Assembly: GCF_009914755.1 (NCBI RefSeq)
Contig: NC_060942.1
Origin: the human T2T-CHM13v2.0 reference genome, Homo sapiens
Length of the DNA stretch: 64,000 bases
Direction: 5' to 3' (one strand)
A program made the position numbers and the translations under genes. The notes below the pieces were generated by a model. That model did no database searches and was not told the origin of the DNA. It worked only from the letters and a program-made list of their open reading frames with translations. Positions 41,189 through 55,966 of this stretch are shown here, piece after piece (positions within the stretch are counted from its first letter, which is position 1; each line of letters begins with the position of its first letter).

Positions 41189-42304
41189 TCTCCTTTCTTT
41201 CTCCCAGAATAGGGGCATTCTCTGTGGCTCTCAGAGTTGTCTGCCTGCAAAGTCCAGTCACCCCAAGAAATGATGTGATATCTCTGGCCTAAACTTGGGT
41301 TCTGTTCCTCCTCTAACAGTCTCTTGATTATCAATGTTCTTTTAATCAGTGCAGACTTGTGAACAAATCACTCCTGGGATGCTGACAAGCTCTTAAACAG
41401 AACAGGGTCAGAGAGTGCTGGTGATGACAATAAATCATCCCAGTGCACCCCAGCCAATCTCAATCCATCCTCAAGTCGCCTTTAATTCCAACAACTGCCA
41501 CTTAGCATAGACCACTGGGATTTCCGCCTCCTCAGACCTTCAACTCTAGGTCTCCCCAGGAGGTGTCTGCAGCTGCTGGGCAGCAGACGCAATGAGACAA
41601 CGCCGTGACCATAACCGATTGCTTTGTTGGGAGGTGCCATCCTTCCCTAGGATGGGGCAGAGCAATCAATCAGTAATCAGCTGTCTGTCCCCTGATTAAG
41701 ACATGCTCTGTGCTGGTTATAACACTCTGAGCAGCCACAAAACTGACTGGGCTTCCTGATACAAGGTCCCAGATAGAGTCGACTTACGAAAAGTCGTGTT
41801 TTCAGACTTGGGAAGTGCAAAAGCCTCTTTCTCTGCTTGGCAACAAAAGCCTCTTTCTAATTCTACTCAGGGTTCTTCCTGGCTATAATTCTTCCTTTCC
41901 ATGTTCATAGCCAAGACTTCTCTCAAACATAACACTTAATGACAGCTCAAGGGACAGTCTCTGGGATGACAAAATGCTCCATTTGACAGAAGAAACCCTC
42001 AGGACTTACATAATTTCCAAAGTACTAATTTGCACAAGGCAGAAAATTAATGTTTTGAGCTCAAACCACTGTAGCATTTATTTACATGACCATGTAAGAT
42101 TAAGCTGGTTCATGTACACACTCCTCCTTCAGACCTTAGCAACTGAAGCACGTTGAGCATATGTCTGTGTGTGCATGTTGCTTTTCATCTCTGCCATGTC
42201 AAAGCACCCTGCGTTCCCACAGCCTAGCGGCCTACTCAGGCTATAATGGATATTCCAAATGTTAGATAAGGTCAGACCACTGTGATTTAAAAAGCATTTC
42301 CAAA

Positions 42305-42775
42305 GCAAGAATTCAAACAGATACTTTCACACCCACATTCACAGCAGCACTATGCACAATACCCAAAAGGTAGAAGAATAAACAAAATGTGGTATGACCA
42401 TGCAATGAAATACTGTTCAATCATGAAAAGGAGCAAAATATTAATATATGCCAAAACATGATTGAACTTTGACAACATTATGCTCAGTGAAATAAGCCAG
42501 ACACAAAAGGACTAGTATATGATTCCACTTGTGTGGGGGTACCTAGAATAGGCAAATTCAGAGAGATTACCAGGGGCTGGAGGAAGGGAGAATGGAGAGT
42601 TACTGTTTAATGGGTAAATAATTTCTGTTTGGGATGATGAAAAAATTCTGGAAATAGATGGCAGTGATGGATGTACAAACATCGTGAATGTACCAAATGC
42701 CACTAAACTGTACACTTAAAATGGTTAAAATGGTAAACTTTATGCTATGTGTATTTTATGATAAAATTGTAAAAA
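42305..42775 (+). mobile_element. Old L1 (L1MB-like) 3' end
   Basis: aaacaaaatgtggtat...acattatgctcagtgaaataagccagacacaaaagg...gtacacttaaaatggttaaaatggtaaa. Confidence 0.85.
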
Positions 42776-43445
42776 ATTTCCCCATGTCTCACACATGTTT
42801 ACTAATGTGGTGATCTGCCTTCACTAAACTTCCAGCATGACTAATAATAACTACTTTGTTCAGTCTCTGGAGCTCAAAGAGGTTTCTTGTCTTTCGTTTT
42901 GCTCAGAATAACTACTCTATTTCTAAAAGAAGTAGTACACTATGTCTCTGATATCTTACTGCCTAAAAGATGGACAGAATCTTGAAACTCAGTCAAAGGA
43001 GAGAGCCTGCTTTCACTCTCATTTGAGGTAGAACATGAGGTTAATTGTGGAGCGGCTGTCTTAGCTGTTCAATATAGGCATAGTACATGGTCTAAGGAGG
43101 CCAAGGCCACAGTCCACAAACGGCTTCCGACCTGGGCCGTGGCCATGCCTCAGTTCGGGGCTCAGACTAAATGCTGGAGTAAATATGCTACCAATGAAAT
43201 GTCAGAAAAGAAGGAGTCAAATTATGGTAAAGCCATTTATTAATCTATGTTTGCAGCCAATAAGATAGTTCATAAAAAGTTGAATGATATGGGGACAAGG
43301 CTTATGCTGTAATAGTTAGTAAAAAAGCTGGAAGAAAATATACCAAAATGTTGGATGATTATCAGCAGGCTGTAGTATTAAAGGGGATTATTTCCTTTCA
43401 TTCTTTCACATTTTCCAGTGAGCCCATCCTATCTTTTTAATAGGT

Positions 43446-43635
43446 CAGTGGTTCTCCAAGTGTGGTACCCAGACGGGCAACACCAGCATCACCTAGGAAC
43501 TTGCGAGAAATGCAAATTTGGGGGGCCCCTCCCAGACCCCTTCTGAATGAGAAACTCTGGAGTGGAGTAGAGCAATCTGTGCTTTAACAAGCCTTACAGG
43601 CAATTCTCAGGCACCCTCAAATTTGAGAAGCACTG
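43446..43635. mobile_element. MER5A hAT-Charlie MITE
   Basis: TIRs cagtggttctc...gagaagcactg; internal cagcatcacctaggaacttg.gagaaatgcaaatt. Confidence 0.88.
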
Positions 43636-44893
43636 TAATGGAATAAAAGTTTTTCTTTTTGTCTGTTTAGTACAAATGCCTTCAACTGTATTCACCATTT
43701 CCCAAATCTTGTAAGAACAAATACTGAAACTTGCTTTTCAAAAATTCATAGTGAACACGTTGTATCCTGTTACTTAGCAGAGAATTAAAGTCCTCAAAGT
43801 AACGCAACTCTGAAGGCAGGAGATTTTGCCTGGATAATCAATGAACCCCTGTGAATCAAGACTCAATTTATGCCTGCACTTGGTAAAGGAAGAGAGAAAG
43901 AGGGGACTGGGGAAAGTCCAGGCAGGTTCTTGTTTCCCTAAGCTCCAAAATCATCTGAAAGACCAAACCCCATGGTGACTTGTGCCTTAGTCGATGGGGC
44001 TCAGGGCTCCGCATGGAAACCTGATGCTATCTTGGCAGCTTGCGGCTCAACTAATGTCTTCTTACTATTGTAGGTGTGATGATAGAAGGGAACTGTCCAA
44101 TTAGAGATGGACTAGATGACATAAAACAAACGGACTGCCCAGGGCTGGCAGAAAGGCCTGCTCCTACCAACTGTAACCAAGACAACAACAAAGAGCTTTA
44201 GCTTCAAAGGTGGGGAATGAAAGCTGTCCCAGGGACTACGAGGCCATTTCGTTCTAATCCATCAAAATGAAGGTTTCATACAGAAAAGGGGGAAAAAGAG
44301 ACAGCATTCTGATCCTAAAGCATGCTTAGTTATAGCAAGATCTAGTTTTTAGCAAACTTCTCTGGCCTGTAGTTGTGTCAACTGCTCTGAGCCCACCCTA
44401 GTCCAGCCCCTATCATGAAGGCTGAGGAGTGAAGACACAGATGGGGCCTGCCCTGGCCAATTCACGCCATCATAGGGAACTGTTTTCTGAGGAGCTTCAA
44501 CAGATTCTAGGTTATCACATACCTTTTGGCTTTACCTCCCCGCTAAAAAGATAAGATGCCCAAATACTGTGGGTTAAAAAATATTCTATCTAGGCTTTCC
44601 CGTCCCCCATGAAAATTGCCTTTCTGACCCAGCAGGCCCTCAAAGCTTCTAAGAGTTTCGGTGGAACACTGATTTCTGACACGTGATGTCAGCAGGGAAG
44701 GGGACAGCAACAGAGGTGGAGGAGGTGGGGAGGGACAGTCACTGTCACTACAGCATTCAGCAGAGTCAAGGGACATGGAGAATATGAGGACACTCTACCC
44801 AGTACTGGGAACCTAAAGACACAACCAGGTCAACATCCATGGTTTTAGAGGCAGCTTGGTAACTTTTCCTCCACAGTGGACAGAGGGCTCTCA

Positions 44894-45238
<345 letters not shown>

Positions 45239-45490
45239 TCACTGGGAGCATCTCTCCTACTTTAATGGATAAACGCAGAGGAACAGTGTAAAAATAGTCT
45301 GCCCTCCCCGACACCTGCAAACATCCTGAAAGCAGGAGGAAGAAAGCAATTCTAACAGGGCACATACTTTCATTTATGGCCTAGAGCGAGAGTGGTGCAG
45401 ACAACTGGCCACTCTCCCGAGTTCCCACTGGGTGCAGTGCCCCTAGATCACTCCCTTACACACATCCTTTAAGAATTCACAAGCACACAC

Positions 45491-45815
<325 letters not shown>

Positions 45816-48372
45816 TCAGTTATATCATCTCCCCTTTGTTTCCCTAACATTCCCATCTTGTGTCACTGTATACATTACAATTTCTTCAAAAACATGGATC
45901 TTTTCTTCTCCTCCTGCATTTGAGCCTAGCATGCCAGCAGATACAGTTTTGAACATTTTTTTTCATATAGGTAGGTCACAAAGGGCATGCTATTAGCCAC
46001 CAAAATAATCTTGCCTCAAGTTTCTCAGAACTTTGATAAAACTATCAATTTCAATAAGTGGGATCTGAGTCAGACAGAACAGAGGGCAGGAAGAAGATAC
46101 TCTACATCAGATAGAAACACCTCTGTAGTTATCCCTTTAAAACACGTAGTAGGAAGACAGACAAGCAACGGAAAGAACAGCTCAGTGGGTCTCCAAGGAA
46201 CATGGATGTCCCTAGCAAGCCATAGAAGCTGGTGGAAGGAGGGCCACGCTGGTGCCAAGAGACTCAGGTTCTAAACCTGTCTTCATTTGGAAAAGAAGGG
46301 GGTTAGATTAGATGGATGTTCAAAGCAGGGAGTGAGGACAAACGTTTGGATCGCAGTTTCGGGAAACGGTTTGTAAGTGCTGTATTCCACCACCTACCTC
46401 CCATTCACAAACCCACTGTCAAGAGGGCAGGCACTCTGCTTTCACTCCCCAGTGTCTGTAACTGTGCCTGGCACAAAGTACAAACTCAATATATATCACT
46501 AAACTGGAAGCAACTTAGCTCTCAACTAATCTAACTCCCTTCTTTTCCATATGAGGACAGGTTTAGAACTTGGGTCCCCTGTCACCAGCCTGGCCCTCTT
46601 TACACCAGCTCCCATTGCTTCCTAGGGCAGAGTGGGTTAGAAAAGAACAGAGAAGCACCACAGGGGTTTGCCCTGCCTTGCTAACTGTCAACATGAGTAG
46701 GCCATAGCTTATCAGCACAGGGGAATGAATGTCAGCCTCTCTTCTGATCAAGGCTAACAGCTGGAAACATGGTGAGATGATACAAGGGAATGGTCCAATT
46801 AGAGACGGCCTAGACAGAAAAGAAGCAGGCTGGAGGTGGGAGCCGAAGGCAGAGTCATGAGGTAGCTGAGATGAAAAAATCCTTCACTATGAGCTGCTCT
46901 TCAAGGTCAGCAAGAAGTGTCCCAGCTCACACAAACGGTTAGCAATGGGGATGGACCTGAGTGGATGTGGGTGGCTAGTAGGCATTGTTGAGAAGACAAA
47001 ACCGAAAAAAATGTATATTTCAAATTTGATACACAACCAACTACTTGAAAATGTATGTTGAATCCTACCCAGTATTTGGGGGATAGAATTACCAGTGTCT
47101 CTCTGAGATCCCTTGTAGTTCTAAGACATCATTGTAGTCAGAGCATCTGCTTCTCTCTCCTTGCTGCTGTGAAATCTCAACATTGAAAGGTAGCCTCTAA
47201 AGCAGCCTGGGGATGTTTGTATCGCCTCTTCTCATTTAATTTTATAACATATCCCTAAACCTAGAGGATAATGACAGGTGTCACCTCTAATCCTAATATC
47301 TTCATTATCAAGTCCTTAGAGAACTGCTCAGAGCACAACCATCCCAGGCAACTAAGAACATCACAAGTTTGGCGTTGTACCTCTGAAACAGACAAGTTTG
47401 ATACCATCTTTAAAACTTCCTGGGTATCTGCAATAAGGAGAACTAGATTATAGCAGCGACACCCAAAAGTATAGAGTTATGTCCCAAATTTGTGTGTTCA
47501 GCCCCAGATAAATGGATAAGTTTAGAATGTATCTAAGCCTTGATCCTCATCAAAGAACCAGTTAGAATGCAGAAGTATATACTATCCCAAGTACTTAATA
47601 AGGATCCAGGGGAAGCAACACACAGATGTCAGGAGGAAATGAATCCCATCAGTGGAGGAGGGGAGATGGGTAAGTGCTGCCAGGCTCCTGCGTCAACACA
47701 GCACACACAGGATGCTGGACTACAAGGAGACCCAGTTGACAGGTTACACTCGGCAAAGACAGATGAGGCACACACCAGCGATGCTTGTCACTGTTCACCT
47801 ACGGCATCAATAAGGGAATTCCCCTGCATATCACTGGGGAGTGACTGGAAAGTCATGCCCTTTTCAGGAAAGAGAGCAACTCATACAAGATGTGGAGAAA
47901 AAGTGGGCTCTTCTGAGGAGGTAAGTGGCCAGGAATCAAAAAGGGGGCTAGGTCACGTGACAAGTGTCAAGAATTCAAAAAGAAGGAATCAAGGCAACGG
48001 AACAGTAAAACTGGCAGGATGCAAAAGGCAAATTTTGGTGTTCTGATAAAAGTGGACATACATGGCTAAGAAATTATCAAGAGTTATAAAAAGAAAAAAC
48101 CACAAGTTTAAAAAATCTTTACACTTGAGGCTCTTTTGGGGAACAAGTCTTGGAAATCACCAGTAGTGCTAATTCTGCCTAACTTCACGGATGTTAGATC
48201 TGATGCTGATATGTAGGCTAAAGTCAGATAAATTCACTTCTTAGACCAACAAGCACCATTCAACAGCTTCCCTAATTCAGAGGTAAAATGTCTGGAAAAA
48301 CTGATGATTTTTACTTAGCTTTATTGCACTTCTTTTGCACATACTAGGCACTTCCCTCCCTAGCCTAGGGTA

Positions 48373-48511
48373 GGGCTGGGCATGTGCCTGTAGTCCCAGG
48401 TACTCAGGAGGCTGAGGCAGGAGGATCATGAGAGCCCATGAGTCCAAAGGCTATGATAAGCTCTGATCACACCACTGGGCAACAGAGCAAGATCTCAACT
48501 CTTAAAAAAAA
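48373..48511 (+). mobile_element. Alu monomer (FRAM/FLAM-like)
   Basis: gggctgggcatgtgcctgtagtccca...gaggctgaggcaggaggatc...gggcaacagagcaaga followed by a short A tail. Confidence 0.75.
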
Positions 48512-49146
48512 TAGAGGTGGGGTAGGTGCACATTAGGCATATACACACTATTCTGTAACAGCCTACAAAGTGCAGCGTGCAGCAGCTCTCCCACTGTGTT
48601 CTGTGTACATATCCACTTTCCTGGAGCTGGAATCCCAGAAATGGACATTAAAGACAGACTTGAATTTGAACCTCGGCCGCACCACTGATTAGCTGTCTGA
48701 CTTTGGACAAAGTAGTTAACTTATTTGACCTTCAGATCATCTCAGTTCAGTCTGTTAGAACTCTGATCCCTGAAGCCCAAGCTCTTCTAAGTAGTCACCA
48801 TGATTAAGATACCTAGGTCTCTAATTCATTTTAATACTCCAGCCAGATTAAATTGCTAAAGCACAGTCCTAATCGTATTTTTCCCACTCAAAAAAGTTAA
48901 ATAACTACTCATTGCTTATCAAATCAAGTCTAAGCTTTTTAGTTGAGCATGTAAACCCTTCCACGATGCATACTCCTAATGCTAAAACCCTTGATAAGTA
49001 TGGGGTTTTGTGAAAAGGACACTGGGGTTGTAATCTAAAGGATCTGCCCTGAGTCCTGGTTCTGCTGCCAACAAATTCTTGGTAAGCCACGTACCCACAT
49101 TATAGAGAATACCTCCCCATCTTATATATTTGCTGCAAGATTGTGA

Positions 49147-49459
<313 letters not shown>

Positions 49460-50949
49460 TATATTTCTTATAAGATGATGGTATCAAGGTTCAACCCAAC
49501 AGGACTACTTGTCTTTGATGACCACACACTTTCCCACCACTGCCGTTTCTGGTATTCCCTCTACCTGAGGTAACCTTCAATATATATGCCTCTATGCAGT
49601 CCTGTCCATGTCCAATGCCTGGACAGTCTGCCCTGACTCTCCACCCAGGCATCCTAGAAGGCAATTATTTCACCAGCTTGTAAAGTCCCCCATTACTTGC
49701 TTTGTCCTCCTTTTAAGACCTTGTCATATTTCGCCTTCTTTTGAAGTCAGTCCCAGTGAGGTCATTTCACCTGCCGTGTGACTTTGGGTTGCTTCTGTTT
49801 TCTGGCCCTCCATCTTTTCATCTCTAAAGTAAAAGGCTGTGACTTGGACTTCCCAAGTGATACTGCCTACCTTTGACATTTGATGATCCTCTGACTAAAA
49901 TCCTAACAGGAAGTAGGGGTAGGGAAAAGCTTAGTTTCAAACTGTGGCTATTTAGGGCTCGTTAAGGGGGAGATGTTTACAAGTACAGAATCTGACCCAA
50001 TGTCCTTCAAAAATATAACCAATGTGTGGCTTCATCCATTCACCCCAATGACTTGGCTGGCAACTTGCATCAATCTGCTTTTCAATAAAGCCACCTCTCC
50101 TGAGCCCAGTGAAATTCCTTTCATGTAGAGGAAGTAAACCATTGGCAAGGAATTTAGTACTCAGCCATGATTCGGGTCCACATGGTCTTCAGAAAGTCAA
50201 ACAGCAAAAGGCTCTTGAAGGACTCAGACAAGAGTACAGGAGCCTGAGGTAAGGAACTTAGCCATTCTGCAGCTTCCAGGCAAAAGACCTGACAACCAAC
50301 ACATCCACACACACACTACCTCCCCAGTTCACACTGGCCCCCCCTTCTGTGACACCTGAGAGGCAGGACTTAGCTTCTGCTAAACTACTCTAACTCCTCC
50401 TAGAAGTTTCCCACCAAACCACTGCAGTGCTTTAGGCTGATGAGCAAGATCAAGCCCTTCCTCCTCATTTCCGGGTGGTGCCACCGGGAGAGAGAGTGAT
50501 GCAGGTGGCTGGCAGGGCACCTGAGGTCACTCTGCTCAAAGGAGAGGCCTGCTGATCAGCCAGGGAGGCACCCAGGGAGCTCTGTTTTGAGAAATCCCAC
50601 TAAGTGTTATCTTGTTTGGGTTTCCTGAGGAGCATAATTTGTCACCTGTGGTCTCCAAACTAGCTATATGTACACAGAACCCACACGGCAGCACTACTCA
50701 AAGCATCTCAGAGATGACAAAGCATCCCCAGGAAAGCTCCAGAGGCTTCACTCCCCAGCAACCAGTTTGGCTGTGACCAGTGAGGCCAAGTGTCCCGCTG
50801 CAGACTTGGGTGGCACCCGTGGTATCCTCCCTCCTCAAACACCAGGTTCTATCACCCACACTCAGTTCGCACATCACTAAATGAGGGCTCGCTGTTGGCA
50901 GGCTCTGTGCTTTCACCTCGAATTCCCAGGGCTCCTGGCATCCAAGCCT

Positions 50950-51480
50950 ATCCCTGGCACCTCCTCTATGTAAGTGGCACCAGTATCTACTCATTCACTC
51001 CAGCAAGAAACCTAAGAGGCACTGGGGATTTCTCCCTTTCCCTCAGGCCCTACATTAGCACATCCTATTGAACTTCTCTCCAGGGTGTAGTCTGTTTCCT
51101 TCTCTGTACCTTTTAGTCCACACCATCATCATCTCTGGCATACATTACAGTAGCAGCTTTCCAGCCTGTACTCTCCTCCTCCTCTAACATGTCCTTCTCA
51201 TGAAACTTTCTGAAAATGAACATCGGACCATTCTTCTCCCTTGCTTTAAGCCTTCCAATGGCATCCCTCTATCCTCTAAATAAGACCCACATCTACTGTG
51301 TTCAAGGCCCTGGGGGACCGAGCACCTCTCTCCAGCTTCAGTGCATGCCACTCTTCTACTGGATATGTTCAAGCCACACAGAGGTTCTTGCTTTATTCTC
51401 TCCCACGTTGCAGTGGCCTGAAGCTGTCCCAGTTCAAACTGATAATCCCCTTTGATCTCACAGCTCTTAATGCCTGGTAC
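50950..51480. mobile_element. L2 fragments
   Basis: ccagcaagaaacctaagag...ccaccatcatc.tctc...aagccttccaatggc; approximate limits. Confidence 0.5.
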
Positions 51481-51534
51481 TCAATCACATCCTGCCTTAT
51501 GGCAGCTCATCGATAACTGCTGTTTAATGTAATT

Positions 51535-51740
51535 AACTAACCATTTATTTACATCATGCTCAAATGGTTTATGAGACTCTTAGTATATAGACTTTGCTTA
51601 AGATTCATAAGATCACTGGATGTCATTCTTCCCATTTTAAATAAGAGAAAATAGAAGTTTGGAAAGGTCAAATGATGCACCCAGAATTCCTTAGCTAGTG
51701 AGACACTGAGCCCGGATTCAAACTCAGGCTTCCATCTCCT
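51535..51740. mobile_element. MIR
   Basis: aaccatttatt...cccattttaaataagagaaaatagaag...cccaga...ggattcaaactcagg. Confidence 0.6.
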
Positions 51741-52758
51741 TGCACAATTTTCCACCAGGTTATGCTGGTGGAATTATACAGGATAATGCATTATCATTAT
51801 ACTCCTGTATCTCTGTATTACCATTACACTCCTTCCTGTATAATAAAGCAGCCTTTAACAAATCCCTCCATAATAAACTTAGCCTCAGTGTAAGTTTAAA
51901 TATGTATTGGGGTCATCAGTGCTGGCTGGCTTGACATCACTTCTCTAGAAGGCCCCCACCACCCACCTTTAACCATCCTACCTTCATAGCACTCACTATA
52001 CAGTGTACTAACATTTTCCTCATCCACTTAGTGTTCCTCCCACCCTAGTCTCCCCACTAGAACCTAAATCCTATGATGGTCAATCTCACATACAAGGACT
52101 TGGATGAGTGGTCTGGCACCTGGATTTTAAGAGGAAGTCCTCAGCAAGGGCTGTTATGTATAGCAGTACCGGCTGAGCACACCATCTGGAGCCCCCTTCG
52201 AGTTGTACAAGTTACTGCCTGCAAACTTTGTCGTCCCTGCCCTATGCTCAGCCTTCCATGATTCACCCACAGGAAGGGGACTGACTTGTGTGTGTGGGGA
52301 ATGGGAGGGAGTTGAGCCTCAGACAGGTACAACTCTATTTACCTGAATTGGAAACTCCCTGAGAGGATGAAGAGGTGGGAACAACACTCACTTAGGCCCA
52401 ACACACACTATGGTTGCAAAACAGGAAGAAGGGGAAGCCTGGCTTGCCAAGCCACCACAGAAAGGACATCCCATCTCCAAACCGGTCATGAAGCCCCTCT
52501 ATATCATTTCATCCTCTGTGACAAATCATCTGAAGATTTAGGTGTGTCAACAGAATATATTCTGTTCACTAATGGGATAATCAGTCTACTGCTTCTTGTC
52601 TGTGTCTACATGCTCTAATCATATAGTCAACACCATCACCAAAACACAGATCACCGACAATAGTTTTTAAAAAGAAGGACTATGCTAGAGAATACATAGA
52701 ATTTTAAAATAATTTCTGTCCAACAAAGATACTTGTATAAGTACCATGGAGAGTATTA

Positions 52759-53143
<385 letters not shown>

Positions 53144-54805
53144 CAATATGGTATATTTTCATGATAAATTCAAACAAGCGAAATGAAACAACAGAATACT
53201 AAGAGATACAAACACACAAAACTATATTAATATAAAAAACCTATTATAGTGAGGGAAGTTAGATAGGAGGAAGACTCCAGTGGAAAGAAAAATCAGATTC
53301 GGGGAACGAAAGGTTATGTGGGGAGAGAAAAGTAAGGTTGGGGAGCAGAGGTAGGTTAAGATAGCAGTCAAGTCAGGTGAGAAGGTATATGGAAAACTAC
53401 CATAAGTCAGATTTGGGCTCAAAACAGAGCCATATAATTACAATTATTCTAACATTCAAGGGCTTCCTCCCAAAGTTGGGAACACTATAAATAACATTTC
53501 TGCTGCAAGAAGGGGCTGGGCCGGAATGTTCCAAGCAAGAGAGTCTACAAACCCTTCCAACAAGACAGCCAGGCCTGAAAGTGGGAAGGAGATGTGTCTC
53601 AGGCACCTGGAGGCAGGGCACTTGTGTGAGGGGTTCTCCAGGCCCAAGGACTGAGCAGGTCCTGGGTTCCTGGGGTGAAAATGGCAGAGGGATGTCCTCA
53701 TGCAGTCTGCCACCAGGTGGTGACATTTTACTCTACCATACCCTCCCTACCAGGGCAGGGCACCACTCAGCCACAGCCCAGAACTGAAACCAAGCCATTC
53801 AGGAAGGCTGTCATGAATATTCACTGGAAACTGTGTAATTGGCATTTGGCAGGTAGAGTCCCAAGTGCCTACTTGGTAAGATGAAAATGAACCTTCTGAT
53901 AGTGTAAGAGATAAGTACTTAGTACATTTAATATCCAATATCATTTTCCCACTTCAGTTAAACAGTGGCCCTTGGAGTGCTAAGCGCTATTTATAAGCCT
54001 CTCAGGTGTAGTGTGATATAGGCAGCAGCGAAATGAATCTGTCCCTTCCTCTTGCTGGCTATTCCCAAGCAGGGCTGTCTCCATCTCAGATGAGATACCA
54101 TCACAGAAAGAACCCGGGGAGTGCCACCCAGCCCACCCCATCGTGGGCAGACAGGCCAGACAGAGGGAGACAGAGCACTGGTTAGGGCACTCCTCGGTGT
54201 AAATGGGAATGTGCCAATTCCCTTGCTCTTAAAATAAGGGTCTGGAAGATTATCCCTAGGATCTCCTGCTACTCCTATATTCTGTGATTCCAGATCCAGG
54301 TTATATGGGAGCTGTATGATACATTCTATATCAACTGAAGTTTATAGAACTGCTAATGTCCAAAATACACTGGAATTCAGAAAGCTGCAGGTTTAGATGA
54401 AAGTGAGCAACAGAGGCACGTGTTTCCTGTGATTTTATGCTTTTCAGACTTATTCTAATGTTGTCATTAGCTAGGGGTGAACTATGATATACACATATAG
54501 AATGTGTAGCCTGTCAGACCAAATAAACATCACTTTTCAAACTCACTTATTTCACTTGTTCTTGGAAACTATTTTGCAGCAAGGGAGTATATTCAAGTAT
54601 ATTCAAATAAAATGATTTTTCCTTGGCCAGTAGTACAGCTGGCATTTCAGCCAGGTGCATGTGAGTCCCTCATTCCAAAACCCATCCTCTTTCTCTATAC
54701 CACACTGTCTCTTTGGCATGCCACCAGTAAGATACAAGTCTTGTATTCTTCCTTTGATAGATACTGCTTCATCCATACATTTTTTAAAATTTAGGGCATC
54801 ATGGT

Positions 54806-55670
<865 letters not shown>

Positions 55671-55776
55671 GACCATTCCAAGCAGAGGTGCCAGGCTGTG
55701 TAAAGAGTGGGACAGCATAGGTAGTGTTCAGGGAAGAGGCAACGCTGACTGCAGAACCATTATTTGCTCACCATAG

Positions 55777-55966
55777 AGTGGTTTCAACCCTGGCTGTACA
55801 TTAAGAAGTGCTCGTGGAGCTTAGGAAACTACTTCTGCTGGATCCCACACCACACCAATTAGATCAAAATCTCTGAGGGGTGAGGCCCAGATATTTGTTT
55901 TTAAAATTCCACAAGTGCTTCTAATATTCTACTAGAACATGAGTTCTGCTAGGGTTAAGAAGCACT
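55777..55966. mobile_element. MER5-family MITE
   Basis: agtggtttcaaccctggctgtacatt...atcaaaatctctgaggggtgaggccca...ggttaagaagcactg. Confidence 0.75.

Noticed and set aside
47540-48046. 168-aa plus-strand ORF and similar 130-165 aa ORFs (29679, 33073, 33389)
   Set aside because: Non-ATG starts, no recognisable homology, no splice or promoter support.
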